A DNA stretch of 64,000 nt from Akkermansiaceae bacterium (GTDB lineage Bacteria; Verrucomicrobiota; Verrucomicrobiia; Verrucomicrobiales; Akkermansiaceae). The notes under the pieces were generated by a model. That model did no database searches. It was not told the DNA's origin and worked only from the letters and a program-made list of their open reading frames with translations. A program made the translations under genes and the position numbers. This document shows positions 27,015-36,042 of the stretch, one piece after another (position 1 is the stretch's first letter; every line of letters begins with the position of its first letter). The stretch covers positions 3,509 to 67,508 of the forward strand of contig JAPKCM010000021.1 in the NCBI GenBank assembly GCA_028822935.1, written 5' to 3'.

Positions 27015-28814
27015 TTACTCGGATTTTTGTTTCTCGACGTAGGTTGATTTGATTCGGAGGTCACGGAGGGCGATCGGAGTGGCGCTTCCTGGCGACGAGG
27101 TCATGATTTCCATGCCCTTGTTGTTTTTCGGGAAGGCAATTACTTCGCGGATGGAATCCTCGCGGCAAGCGAGCATGACGACCCGGTCGAGACCGAGAGC
27201 GAGACCGCCGTGGGGAGGGGCGCCGAATTTGAAGGCATCGAGGATGTGCGCAAATTCAACTGCGGCTTCCTCTTCGGAAATACCAAGCGCTTTAAACATC
27301 GAGCTCTGAAGGTCGGCTTCGTGGATACGAATCGATCCGCCGCCAAGTTCGTAGCCATTGAGAACGACGTCGTAAGCTTGAGCGCGGAGTCCATCGAGAT
27401 CGCCATTGCGAAGCTTCTCTTCATCCTCCTTAAGGGGACGGGTGAAGGGGTGGTGCACGGCGACGTGGCGGTCCTCTTCCTCGTCATAGGCGAGAAGGGG
27501 AAATTCGGTAACCCAGAGGAAATCGAGGTCGTCATTTCCTTCAAGGAGGTTCTGGAGTGAGCAAACTTCCATGCGGATGCGGCCGAGGACTTCGCAAGCG
27601 GGCTCCCATTGGTCGGCAGCGAAAAGAATGAGGTCGCCGGCTTCGATGTTGAGCTTGGTGCGGAGGGCTTCGACTTCGGTCTCGGTAAGACGTTTGGCAA
27701 AAGGTGAACGCCATTTGGAGACGTCGTCGCCGCGGACTTGAATGTAAGCGAGACCCTTAGCGCCCGCTTCCTGGGCCAGCTTGGTGAGCTTGTCGATTTG
27801 TCCGGTGGAGATATCGGCGAAGCCTTTGGCGTTGATCGCTTTGACGACTCCGCCGCTTGCGACGGTGCCGGAGAAGACGCGGAATTCGCAATCCTTGAGG
27901 TCTTCGCTGAGTTCGACGAGTTCCATGCCGACGCGGCGCTCGGGCTTATCGGAGCCGAAACGGTTCATCGCTTCCTTCCAGGTGAGGCGCTCAAAAGGAG
28001 TGGGCACTTCGACACCACGAGATTTTGAGAACATCGAGGCGAGGAGTTTTTCAACGATGCCGATGATGTCATCCTGCTCAACGAAGGAAGCTTCGATATC
28101 GATCTGAGTGAATTCCGGCTGGCGATCGGAGCGGAGGTCCTCGTCACGGAAGCACTTCGCAATTTGGAAATAGCGCTCAATTCCGGCAACCATGAGCATT
28201 TGTTTGTATTGCTGGGGGGCTTGGGGAAGGGCGTAGAATTTTCCAGGATTGATCCGGGAAGGAACCAGGAAATCGCGGGCACCTTCAGGGGTCGCTTTGG
28301 AAAGAATAGGGGTCTCCACCTCGATGAAGCCTTCATCGGAGAGGAAATCGCGAGCAGCCTTGGTGATGAGGTGGCGCTGGCGCAGGTTGTTAGTCAGGCG
28401 CGGGCGGCGCAGGTCAAGATAGCGGTGCTTGAGACGGAGGTCCTCGTTGGAGAGTTCTTTATCGAGCTGGAAGGGGAGGACCTCCGCTTTGTTGACGATG
28501 GTGAGGGTGGTAGCGACGATCTCGATCTCGCCGGTGGCGAGCTCGGCATTGGTGGAGTCGGTCTCCTCTGTCTTGAGTCGGGCTGCCACTTTTCCGGTGA
28601 TCTGAATGACGTCTTCATTACGGAGGGTGTGAGAAAGCTTGGCAGCTTCTTGGGAATCATCCGGGCGGAAGATCACCTGGGTGAGGCCTTCGCGGTCGCG
28701 CATGTCGATGAAGATCACGCCGCCGTGGTCGCGGGTCGAATTCACCCAACCGATGAGGGTGACAGTTTCGCCGATGTGCTCAGAGCGGATTTCGTTACAG
28801 TGGTGCGTTCTCAT
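27015..28814 (-). CDS. aspS: Aspartate--tRNA ligase
   Basis: MRTHHCNEIRSEHIGETVTLIGWVNSTRDHGGVIFIDMRDREG, class II motifs, 599 aa. Start overlaps the hisS stop (ATGA). Confidence 0.96.
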   Translation of the reverse strand: MRTHHCNEIRSEHIGETVTLIGWVNSTRDHGGVIFIDMRDREGLTQVIFRPDDSQEAAKLSHTLRNEDVIQITGKVAARLKTEETDSTNAELATGEIEIVATTLTIVNKAEVLPFQLDKELSNEDLRLKHRYLDLRRPRLTNNLRQRHLITKAARDFLSDEGFIEVETPILSKATPEGARDFLVPSRINPGKFYALPQAPQQYKQMLMVAGIERYFQIAKCFRDEDLRSDRQPEFTQIDIEASFVEQDDIIGIVEKLLASMFSKSRGVEVPTPFERLTWKEAMNRFGSDKPERRVGMELVELSEDLKDCEFRVFSGTVASGGVVKAINAKGFADISTGQIDKLTKLAQEAGAKGLAYIQVRGDDVSKWRSPFAKRLTETEVEALRTKLNIEAGDLILFAADQWEPACEVLGRIRMEVCSLQNLLEGNDDLDFLWVTEFPLLAYDEEEDRHVAVHHPFTRPLKEDEEKLRNGDLDGLRAQAYDVVLNGYELGGGSIRIHEADLQSSMFKALGISEEEAAVEFAHILDAFKFGAPPHGGLALGLDRVVMLACREDSIREVIAFPKNNKGMEIMTSSPGSATPIALRDLRIKSTYVEKQKSE

Positions 28815-30082
28815 TGATTCAGGATGTTGGAAATAGTTTCGACGATGTCTTGATCGGCGGAAATGGTTTCTTCGCTGCGGGTCGCGAGGATTTTGAGGGA
28901 AAGTTCGGGGAACTCCGAGCCCACCACGAGTGCGAGGGGGGCGCCTGCTTGCTCGGCCTGCTTGAATTGTTTTCCGACCTTTGCGGGAGTGAGTGAAAAG
29001 GTGGTCGCGATCCCCGCGCTTCGGAGCTGGGCGGCTAGAGCGAGCGCGTTCGCTTGCTTGCTGTCGTCAGCGAGCACGAGGTAAACATCACAGCCAGAGC
29101 TCGCCTTGATGGCGGCCTGCATTTTTTCGGCAGCGTGCGGAGTTTCTTCGATGAGGTGGCGGATGACGACATCGCCGATCGCGAATCCGGCGGCGGGAAG
29201 GTCCACGCTGCCATTTGAGAGGGCCGAAATGAGAGAGTCGTAGCGACCGCCACCGGCGACGGCGCGGAGGGACTTTTTGGCATCGAAGACTTCGAAAACG
29301 ACCCCGGTGTAGTAGGCGAGTCCACGCACGATCGAGAGGTCGACCTCGATGAAGTCTCCCATGCCGCGTGCTTCCAAATTGGCGAGGACGGTGTCGAGAT
29401 TTTCGCCGAGCGAAGCGGGATTGGAAATGGCCTCTTGAACTTCAGCGGTCGTTAAACCAAGAACGTTCAGTTTCCCTTCGGTGACTTCTGGCTTCTCGCG
29501 CTCGAGCTTATCGACGATCTGCAAGAGTGAGGCGCATTGTTCGGATGAAAGGCTTTTAGTGTCTCCAAATTTTTGCCAGTAGGCGCGGTCCGAGAGGCGG
29601 ATGACGTAGTCGCCTGGCACGAATCCCAACTCGCTCATCAGGTCGATCGAAAGTGCGATGAGTTCGGCATCGGCTCCGGCGCAGGACTCGCCGATAAGAT
29701 CGACGTTGAACTGGTAGAACTCGCGGGTGCGGCCCTTTTGGGGCTTTTCGTAGCGGAAACACTGGCCGATTTCGAACCAGCGAAGGGGCTTGGGATAGTC
29801 GCGCTGGACGGTGCTGACGAGTCGTCCGAGTGAGGCGGTGACCTCGGGGCGGAGGGTGACACTACGATCTCCCTTATCGATGAAGTTGAAAAGTTGGCTG
29901 TTGAGTTCGCCACCTGCTTTCTTCTCGTAAAGCTCGGTGGGTTCCAGAATGGGGGTTTCGTATTCCACGAAGCCATAGCGTTTTGCCACTTCGCGGAAGC
30001 TTGCGAAGAGGTAGTTGCGCACCGCGCAGTCTTCGGGTCGGAAGTCGCGAAAACCGGGAAGAGTTTGGAAACCTTTGGCCAT
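28811..30082 (-). CDS. hisS: Histidine--tRNA ligase
   Basis: LPGFRDFRPEDCAVRNYLF, RYEKPQKGRTREFYQ, GGGRYD motifs; 423 aa. Confidence 0.95.
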   Translation of the reverse strand: MAKGFQTLPGFRDFRPEDCAVRNYLFASFREVAKRYGFVEYETPILEPTELYEKKAGGELNSQLFNFIDKGDRSVTLRPEVTASLGRLVSTVQRDYPKPLRWFEIGQCFRYEKPQKGRTREFYQFNVDLIGESCAGADAELIALSIDLMSELGFVPGDYVIRLSDRAYWQKFGDTKSLSSEQCASLLQIVDKLEREKPEVTEGKLNVLGLTTAEVQEAISNPASLGENLDTVLANLEARGMGDFIEVDLSIVRGLAYYTGVVFEVFDAKKSLRAVAGGGRYDSLISALSNGSVDLPAAGFAIGDVVIRHLIEETPHAAEKMQAAIKASSGCDVYLVLADDSKQANALALAAQLRSAGIATTFSLTPAKVGKQFKQAEQAGAPLALVVGSEFPELSLKILATRSEETISADQDIVETISNILNQ

Positions 30083-30154
30083 AGCAGGAAATCCCGCGGT
30101 AGATCACGGGCGCGCGAGGATAGGACCCACTTTCTCAATGTCGAGACGGGATTC

Positions 30155-31411
30155 TCAGGCCTTTTGTTTGCGGAAAGCCTTTCGAGCGATCTGAAAAATG
30201 CGGTCCCGGTGCCACCAAGTAAGAAATCCCAAGGCCACTCCGGAGAGGTTCCGGGAGAGATCAACGCCATCCTTCCAATCTAATCCATAGAAGGTGAAGT
30301 GAGCAAGCATTTCGGGAAGTGCGGCAAGAGCCACGACAAAGGGCCAGCTTTTGACGCTTCGTGTGAGGATGAACCAGAACAAGGAAAGCAGCGCAAAGAT
30401 AAGAAAATGGAATCGAGACAAGACGATCATTACTTTTCTGAGCAGTGTGGAGATGACTCCTGAATTCGCTCCCTTCTTAGGAGAGGTGTTCTCTTTTAGA
30501 ATCGGGGTGGGCGCGGATAGCGCATCATTAGGTGACTCACGTTCCGGGAGCGTAGTGTTGCGAGGCTGGTCTTCGGCGGGATCTGACTTTTTAGGGGATG
30601 CAGAGGCTTGAGAAATAGCAGTGTCTAAATCGAGAGATGGGCTTTTGGGAACATCCGGCAGATCGAGGGAAAAGGCGTCAGAGAGAGGCGCGAGTAGAGT
30701 GATGGTTGTGGGAAAGGCTCCTACCCAAAGCAACGAGAGCATCATGAGAGCAGCGCTCGCTGCCCTCACCGGATTACGGACATCGCATTTCCAAAGCAGA
30801 CGGAAGATCAGGCTCAGCCAGCCGAGCGCGAGAGCGATCGAGACGAATCGAACCCAAGAGCGTTCCGCGACTTTCGAAAAGCGAAGGTTCCTAAGGTCAA
30901 GAGATCCGCTTTTTCCTCCGACTGAGAAATAGAAATGAGTGTCTATAATTGCTCCAGTGAGTTTCCTAACCACTTCGAGCTTCGTCCAGTCTTGAGTTCC
31001 GGATCCTTCAAAAAGGACAAAGTCAGAGGGCTGGCGAGAGCTCCCATCTTCCATCTTGTCAGAGAAAATTCCCTTCGCCGTCATCCAGCTTTGTTCTCCG
31101 GGGACAACGTCTTGCCAGCGGTAGTCACAGCTGATGTAGATGAATTGCACATCTTCTAAGTCGTGCAGTATAATCTGGATCGCGGGAGTTCCTTTCTCTC
31201 CCTCTCGCTCGAGGTGGGTCACCGGACCTTCCTCTGTTTCTTGAATTGAGCAGTGCGTCCGCCTGGGCGCGGGGATCGTTTTCAGAAACTTCTCATCAAT
31301 CACCGTCGCATTTAGCGGGTGATCGGAAACCTCGAAGCGATGATTCCACGCCAGAAATGTCGCGAGTGCCAAAAGAACTCCGGTAATCCACGAATTAAAG
31401 AGCCACTTCAC
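30155..31411 (-). CDS. Membrane protein with N-terminal extracytoplasmic domain and C-terminal VanZ-like module
   Basis: N-terminal TM helix, beta-rich domain of about 170 aa, several TM helices, an S/P-rich linker, and a C-terminal FHFLIFALLSLFW...DWKDGVDLSRNLSGVALGFLTWW that resembles VanZ. Confidence 0.55.
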   Translation of the reverse strand: MKWLFNSWITGVLLALATFLAWNHRFEVSDHPLNATVIDEKFLKTIPAPRRTHCSIQETEEGPVTHLEREGEKGTPAIQIILHDLEDVQFIYISCDYRWQDVVPGEQSWMTAKGIFSDKMEDGSSRQPSDFVLFEGSGTQDWTKLEVVRKLTGAIIDTHFYFSVGGKSGSLDLRNLRFSKVAERSWVRFVSIALALGWLSLIFRLLWKCDVRNPVRAASAALMMLSLLWVGAFPTTITLLAPLSDAFSLDLPDVPKSPSLDLDTAISQASASPKKSDPAEDQPRNTTLPERESPNDALSAPTPILKENTSPKKGANSGVISTLLRKVMIVLSRFHFLIFALLSLFWFILTRSVKSWPFVVALAALPEMLAHFTFYGLDWKDGVDLSRNLSGVALGFLTWWHRDRIFQIARKAFRKQKA

Positions 31412-31456
31412 AACTAAGGGCGATCATCACTCTCATTCGGTTTCTGTCCAGATAAC

Positions 31457-32188
31457 CTAGAAAGTGAAGCTATAAGCCATTCCCGGGAGCTTGAGGTCGA
31501 ACATCAGGAAGGTCACAGTGTGGCTGCCCAATCTGCGGGAAATCGAGACGTGTTCATCGACTCCGCTATACATGAGGAGGCCGGACCAGGCTCCCCGGCT
31601 CCAGTGGATTCCTCCGACCGGGCGAATCTCGTCCAATTCCCGAACGAAAGTTCCACCGCCGTAGACCGAGACGTTCACTTTTTCGACGACGAAAGCGTGC
31701 TTGGACAGAGTCGCATAATAGCTATCACTGTTGATGTTTCCGAAGTCATCGTTGCTCATGCCCAGAATTAGGGCGGGTCTCCAGCCGTCGTCTTCGGAGA
31801 TCGCACGGAAATTGATAAGCGGGCTGACATCGCCTGTCAGCGGTCGCCAATCAAGGCCAGCGCGGAGGCTATCAGTGACCTGATAGCTGAGGTTCATGTA
31901 AACCTTGCCGTGATCGGGTTTCTCGGGAATCCAGCGGGAGTAAAAGGCGAACCCTTTTTTGTCTTCCGGCTTCTTCAAAAATCCACCCAGATTTCTCAGC
32001 ATGGGGCTGCTGCTTTCTTCAAGGAATGCGAGGTCTTCAAAGACGTCTCCTCCACCTGATCGGCCACGCACGGTGCCCGCTTCGCCTGGTCACATTACTC
32101 AGGCAGGAACCTCGGAGACGGGCTGCTGGGCCTCGGCCGCTTGCACGGCAAAGATGAGAGTCATGAGGGTTTTTGTGATGGCTTGCAT
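31457..32188 (-). pseudogene. Beta-rich envelope protein gene whose signal-peptide exon is cut off by two in-frame TGA codons
   Basis: ATG 32188 lies 5 nt after the ribE stop and encodes MQAITKTLMTLIFAVQAAEAQQPVSEVPA. Then come TGA (32099-32101), GTA ATG, and TGA (32090-32092). The same frame continues PGEAGTV-RGRSGGGDVFEDL... into ORF 31457..32071, which ends ...GMAYSFTF. That ORF alone has only a GTG start and no signal peptide. Confidence 0.5.
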
Positions 32189-32192
32189 TAGT

Positions 32193-32774
32193 TTATTGGA
32201 GAGTAAGCTTTTGGACATATTTCGCAAGAAGATCAGCTTCGAGATTTACGGTTTGTCCAATTTGGGCTTCGCCGAGGTGGGTTTCGGCGAAGGTGTGCGG
32301 GGTGATCCAGAAGACGGCGGACTCGTCTTTGAGTTCGGCGATGGTGAGCGAAATGCCGTCGATGGTCAGTGATCCCTTATCAAGGCAGAGGGCGTGAATC
32401 GATTCGGGGAGCTTTACCTCGAAGAGGTAATCTTGGCCCATGGGGGAGAGATCGAGGATTTCGCCGATGTCGTCGACGTGTCCCTGGACAAAATGCCCAC
32501 CCAAGCGATCGCCGATGGCGAGCGCTCGTTCGAGATTGACGATTTTCCCAGCGCTCAGTTGTCCTAGTGAGGTGACTTTGAGGGTCTGGGCGAGGAGGTC
32601 AAAGCTCACCGTTTCTCCGATCTCGGTCACGGTGAGGCAGCAGCCATTCACGGCGACGGATTCGCCCAAGGCCAATTCACCGGAGAAGGGGATCTCAAGA
32701 CTAAGGCGCGCTTGCTCTCCACGGTTTTCCATGAGGGCGACGCGACCCTTGGCTTCGATGAGTCCGGTGAACAT
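32193..32774 (-). CDS. ribE: Riboflavin synthase alpha subunit
   Basis: MFTGLIEAKGRV start and duplicated lumazine-binding repeats (NGCCLTV / IDGISLTI); 193 aa. Confidence 0.93.
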   Translation of the reverse strand: MFTGLIEAKGRVALMENRGEQARLSLEIPFSGELALGESVAVNGCCLTVTEIGETVSFDLLAQTLKVTSLGQLSAGKIVNLERALAIGDRLGGHFVQGHVDDIGEILDLSPMGQDYLFEVKLPESIHALCLDKGSLTIDGISLTIAELKDESAVFWITPHTFAETHLGEAQIGQTVNLEADLLAKYVQKLTLQ

Positions 32775-32779
32775 GGTTT

Positions 32780-34582
32780 TTATTCGGCGGGTTTTGCTTC
32801 TTCGAAGGTTCCTTCGCCGGTGAAGGTTCCTGTTCCTTCAATACGGCCCGAGCCTTCGAAGGTGCCCGAGCCTTCAAAAACTCCGGTGCCCTCGAAGTGT
32901 TCTGCGTCATGGGCATCTTCGACAGGTTGAGGGTCTTGGGTCATCCCGGGGGTTTTAAGAAGCATGAAGCAAGCACCCATAATGACCGTAGGAACCAAAG
33001 CGGCCTTCAGGAGACCTAAGGGAGCTACGCCCCCCTTGAAGTAGCGGTTGAGCAATGATTGACCGGCTGGGTTAGGCGCGTTGGCAATGACGGTGAGGCC
33101 TCCACCAGTCACGGCACCTGCGACTACGGCATACTTTGCCCCGATACTCAGGCCTGGAGCCTGCGACGCGAGGTAGGTGATGGCGGCGTTGTCATTGAAG
33201 GCCGTGAGGACAGTGGAGCCGATCATGAGGACCCATTCGTTTTCGATGGAAGTTAAGAGGACGGAAATCCACCAACCCTGGCAGCCTCCGTGAATGACGA
33301 GACCAGCAAGGAAGAAGCCCACAAGAATGGGGCCCTTCATGTTGACATCGTTTTGGTGATGCCCGGTGGCCTGGGTGAAGCCGAGGAAGAAAAGGAAGCC
33401 GCCGACGAAAAGGACGGGATCGTGAGCAAAGACGACGGTCCAAGCGAGGAAGAGGACGTGGACGATGGTGATCCAAAGGGGGATCGGGTCTTCACGGTCG
33501 ACCCACTTCATCGGGATGTGCATGTCCTGACTCACCTGCTTCTTGAGACCAGAGAATTCCTTCCTGAAATAGTAGAAGTAAGCGGTGTTTGAGAGAATAA
33601 TACCGATAGCAGCTTTCCAGCCGAAGTTGATAAACATGAAGCTCATTCCAAAGGACCATTTCTGGGCAATCATGAGGACGGGTGGAGCGGCGAAGTGAGT
33701 GAGCGTTCCTCCCACCGAGATGTTTACGAAGAGGAGGCCCAGGGTGGCATAGGCGAACTTAGGAGAGGGGTTGAGGTCGAAGAATTTCTTCGCCAGAAGA
33801 AGCGCGGCAATCGTCATGGCGGCCGGCTCGGTGATGAATGAACCGAGTAGCGGCGTGATGGTGAGAGCGGAGAACCACCAAGCGGCGGTGCTTCCGCCGA
33901 AAACCTTGGCGACCTTGTCCACGAGGAATTCCGCGAGTCGAACGACAGGGCGGGTGGCGGCAATCGCCATGATGATTACAACGAAGATGGGCTCGGTGTA
34001 GTTGACATCTTTGCCGATGTATCCCTTCAGCTGGTTGAAGCCATCGCCAATATCATTTGCTTGAATGCCGAAGAACCAAAGGATCGCTCCAGCTAGGGCA
34101 ATGACCCAGATCCCAAAAATGGCTTCCACTTCTCCCAAGAAATGAAAGAAGTTCGCTTTAAAGGAAACATCATCTTTGGCCCCGTCGTGGGGTTTGGCCT
34201 CCCCGGTGAGTCCCTTTTTTTCGATCAGTTCCTTGTGGGCTTTCTCGTGATGATGCGCCATTTCGATGAAATAGCCGGCGAGGAAGGTATGAATGATCGC
34301 GCAGAGGAAAATGATGGAGGCGACGAGGTTGAAACCATTTTGAGCACCGGCGCGTTCCTTGAGCTTGTCCCAGATTCCCATCTTCTCGTTCTCCGTTTCC
34401 TCATAAACGGAGATCGGAAGGGGGAATTTGGCGTAGCGGTCCTTATCAAGACCATATTCGCTCGCTTCGTAGGTGGGAGTTGCCCCGCCGCTTGCGGCAG
34501 AGGCGGGAGAGACAAAAAGCAGAGGGAGAATCGCTAACAAAAGAAGTCGAAAAACGAGAAGTTGCTTCACTGCGCGGACCAT
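32780..34582 (-). CDS. DUF1504 / putative Na+/H+ antiporter-family polytopic membrane protein with signal peptide and repeat tail
   Basis: More than 10 TM helices. IIHTFLAGYF...FFHFLGEVEAIFGIWV recalls the Na_H_antiport_2 family. Preferred ATG is 34582 (MVRAVKQLLVFRLLLLAILPLLFVSPASA). The ORF is open to 34750, but that would overlap the divergent gene start at 34671. Confidence 0.6.
   Translation of the reverse strand: MVRAVKQLLVFRLLLLAILPLLFVSPASAASGGATPTYEASEYGLDKDRYAKFPLPISVYEETENEKMGIWDKLKERAGAQNGFNLVASIIFLCAIIHTFLAGYFIEMAHHHEKAHKELIEKKGLTGEAKPHDGAKDDVSFKANFFHFLGEVEAIFGIWVIALAGAILWFFGIQANDIGDGFNQLKGYIGKDVNYTEPIFVVIIMAIAATRPVVRLAEFLVDKVAKVFGGSTAAWWFSALTITPLLGSFITEPAAMTIAALLLAKKFFDLNPSPKFAYATLGLLFVNISVGGTLTHFAAPPVLMIAQKWSFGMSFMFINFGWKAAIGIILSNTAYFYYFRKEFSGLKKQVSQDMHIPMKWVDREDPIPLWITIVHVLFLAWTVVFAHDPVLFVGGFLFFLGFTQATGHHQNDVNMKGPILVGFFLAGLVIHGGCQGWWISVLLTSIENEWVLMIGSTVLTAFNDNAAITYLASQAPGLSIGAKYAVVAGAVTGGGLTVIANAPNPAGQSLLNRYFKGGVAPLGLLKAALVPTVIMGACFMLLKTPGMTQDPQPVEDAHDAEHFEGTGVFEGSGTFEGSGRIEGTGTFTGEGTFEEAKPAE
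32798..32896 (-). repeat. Tandem 18-nt coding repeats (hexapeptide FEG[ST]G[TV] x5-6) in the C-terminal tail of the transporter
   Basis: The protein tail reads FEGTGV FEGSGT FEGSGR IEGTGT FTGEGT FEE. On the plus strand the DNA shows repeated ccttcgaaggt[gt]cc units. Confidence 0.8.
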
Positions 34583-34670
34583 AGCGCGGGTGATCCAGAC
34601 CGCAAGCCCTCGATGACCCTTCATTAACGCCCAACTTGCATCTTTTCCCCCTATCCTTATCCTAAGTTCC

Positions 34671-35672
34671 ATGCGCGCTGCTTTCCTCTTTCTTCCTGTC
34701 CTGTTCAGCTCTTGCGCGGAGCTCATGGAAGTGCCCACCATCCGGCCCAAGATCAGGAGATCGAATCAGGGCCAAGGCCCTTCCGCGGGAGGATTCGCGG
34801 GGCTGGGCTATGAGAAGCCAGCCGAGGGCGATGGCATCGCGGTCGGCGACGCCCCGGTGCAAGCTGCCGGGTATCTCCCCACGAGTGTTAAAGAAGGAGA
34901 GGTGAAGATTCAGGGCTTCGTTCTTCCCTCGGATGACATGATTGTCTTTTCCGATGATCGCAAACCCCTGGCGGATATCGCGTTTGATAAGGCCTTTACG
35001 AAGGTGAAAAAACCCAAGTCGGCATGGCGCACGAGCTATACCGAGGCAAAACGCGAATCTGCCGGAACTGGAAAACCAATGCTCATTTGGTTCACGCGCT
35101 CGGCGAGTTCGGGCGGAACGGGAAGCCCGCTTTGCAAGACGCTCAATCGCGAGGTCTTTGGCCTGCCCGATTTTAAGAGCTGGTCGAAAGAGGAAGTTGT
35201 CCGGTTGAAACTGGACCTTTCCGGGGCGGGAGGACCCCGAGGAAATTCAGGCGAAATTGGGGATTCCGAAACGCGTCAGCGCGCCTACCTTGAGCAGCTT
35301 AAGAAGCAATACCGCGTTTTGGGACTTCCCGCTGTCATCGTGGTGAGTCCGTCCAAGGGGGTGCTTGCGCAATACCGGGGGTATAAAAAAGGAAGCTCTT
35401 CAGAATATTTTGGTCAGCTCAAGAACCTCGTGCTTACACACGAACATAATTACGCGGTCTGGAAACGTTCAATGACGGCCAAGGGCTACCGTCAATGGAA
35501 TGGCAAGAACGGCCAAAGTCTCTTCGCGAAACTTGCCCGCTATCGGAACGGGGAACTCATCCTCATCGAGCCCGATGGCAAAAAGCTCAAGACGAACGAA
35601 ACCCAGCTTTCTACCGTCGACCGCAAGTGGATCGACGATGCGAAGGCACGGAGAGAAGTCAACCGGCGGTGA
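34671..35672 (+). CDS. Lipoprotein with thioredoxin-fold-like region and C-terminal SHD1 domain
   Basis: Lipobox MRAAFLFLPVLFSSC. GKPMLIWFTRSASSGGTGSPLCKTLNREVF is thioredoxin-like. The C-terminal YRQWNGKNGQSLFAKLARYRNGELILIEPDGKKLKTNETQLSTVDRKWI fits the SHD1 (Sla1 homology) pattern. Confidence 0.7.
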   Translation: MRAAFLFLPVLFSSCAELMEVPTIRPKIRRSNQGQGPSAGGFAGLGYEKPAEGDGIAVGDAPVQAAGYLPTSVKEGEVKIQGFVLPSDDMIVFSDDRKPLADIAFDKAFTKVKKPKSAWRTSYTEAKRESAGTGKPMLIWFTRSASSGGTGSPLCKTLNREVFGLPDFKSWSKEEVVRLKLDLSGAGGPRGNSGEIGDSETRQRAYLEQLKKQYRVLGLPAVIVVSPSKGVLAQYRGYKKGSSSEYFGQLKNLVLTHEHNYAVWKRSMTAKGYRQWNGKNGQSLFAKLARYRNGELILIEPDGKKLKTNETQLSTVDRKWIDDAKARREVNRR

Positions 35673-35814
35673 ATTAGTGCTGGGGGCACTTCCCGTTTTT
35701 GAATGACGCGCGCCCCCCGATAAAATCCTACAAGGGCTAAGGCTTGAACGATGATTGCTGTGGGCAATTGCCTCTTGGTCCGAGAAGGAGAGACGCTAAG
35801 GTCCATCAGAAATA

Positions 35815-36042
35815 GTGATGGGAAATCGAATTACAAAATATTTTGACTGGGTTTTGCTCACCTGTGACGCATTGGTCTGTTTGCTCTTTTTTTACTTCGT
35901 GGCGGGTTGGGATTTCCCGAACGATCGTGATGTCCTCGGTCCTGGTTACAATGGGGGGGCTTCCAATGCTCCGATTATGCTGGGGCTTTTTGCCATTGCG
36001 GGTTCCTATCTCATCACCCGGCCTAACTCTAACCGCGAATGA
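35815..36042 (+). CDS. Small two-TM membrane protein
   Basis: 75 aa with two hydrophobic helices. Its stop overlaps the next ATG (ATGA), implying co-translation with the beta-propeller gene. Confidence 0.5.
   Translation: MMGNRITKYFDWVLLTCDALVCLLFFYFVAGWDFPNDRDVLGPGYNGGASNAPIMLGLFAIAGSYLITRPNSNRE

Noticed and set aside
32798-32896. 18-nt tandem repeats as a CRISPR-like or non-coding satellite array
   Set aside because: The repeats are contiguous with no spacers, in frame, and translate to a clean hexapeptide repeat inside an ORF.
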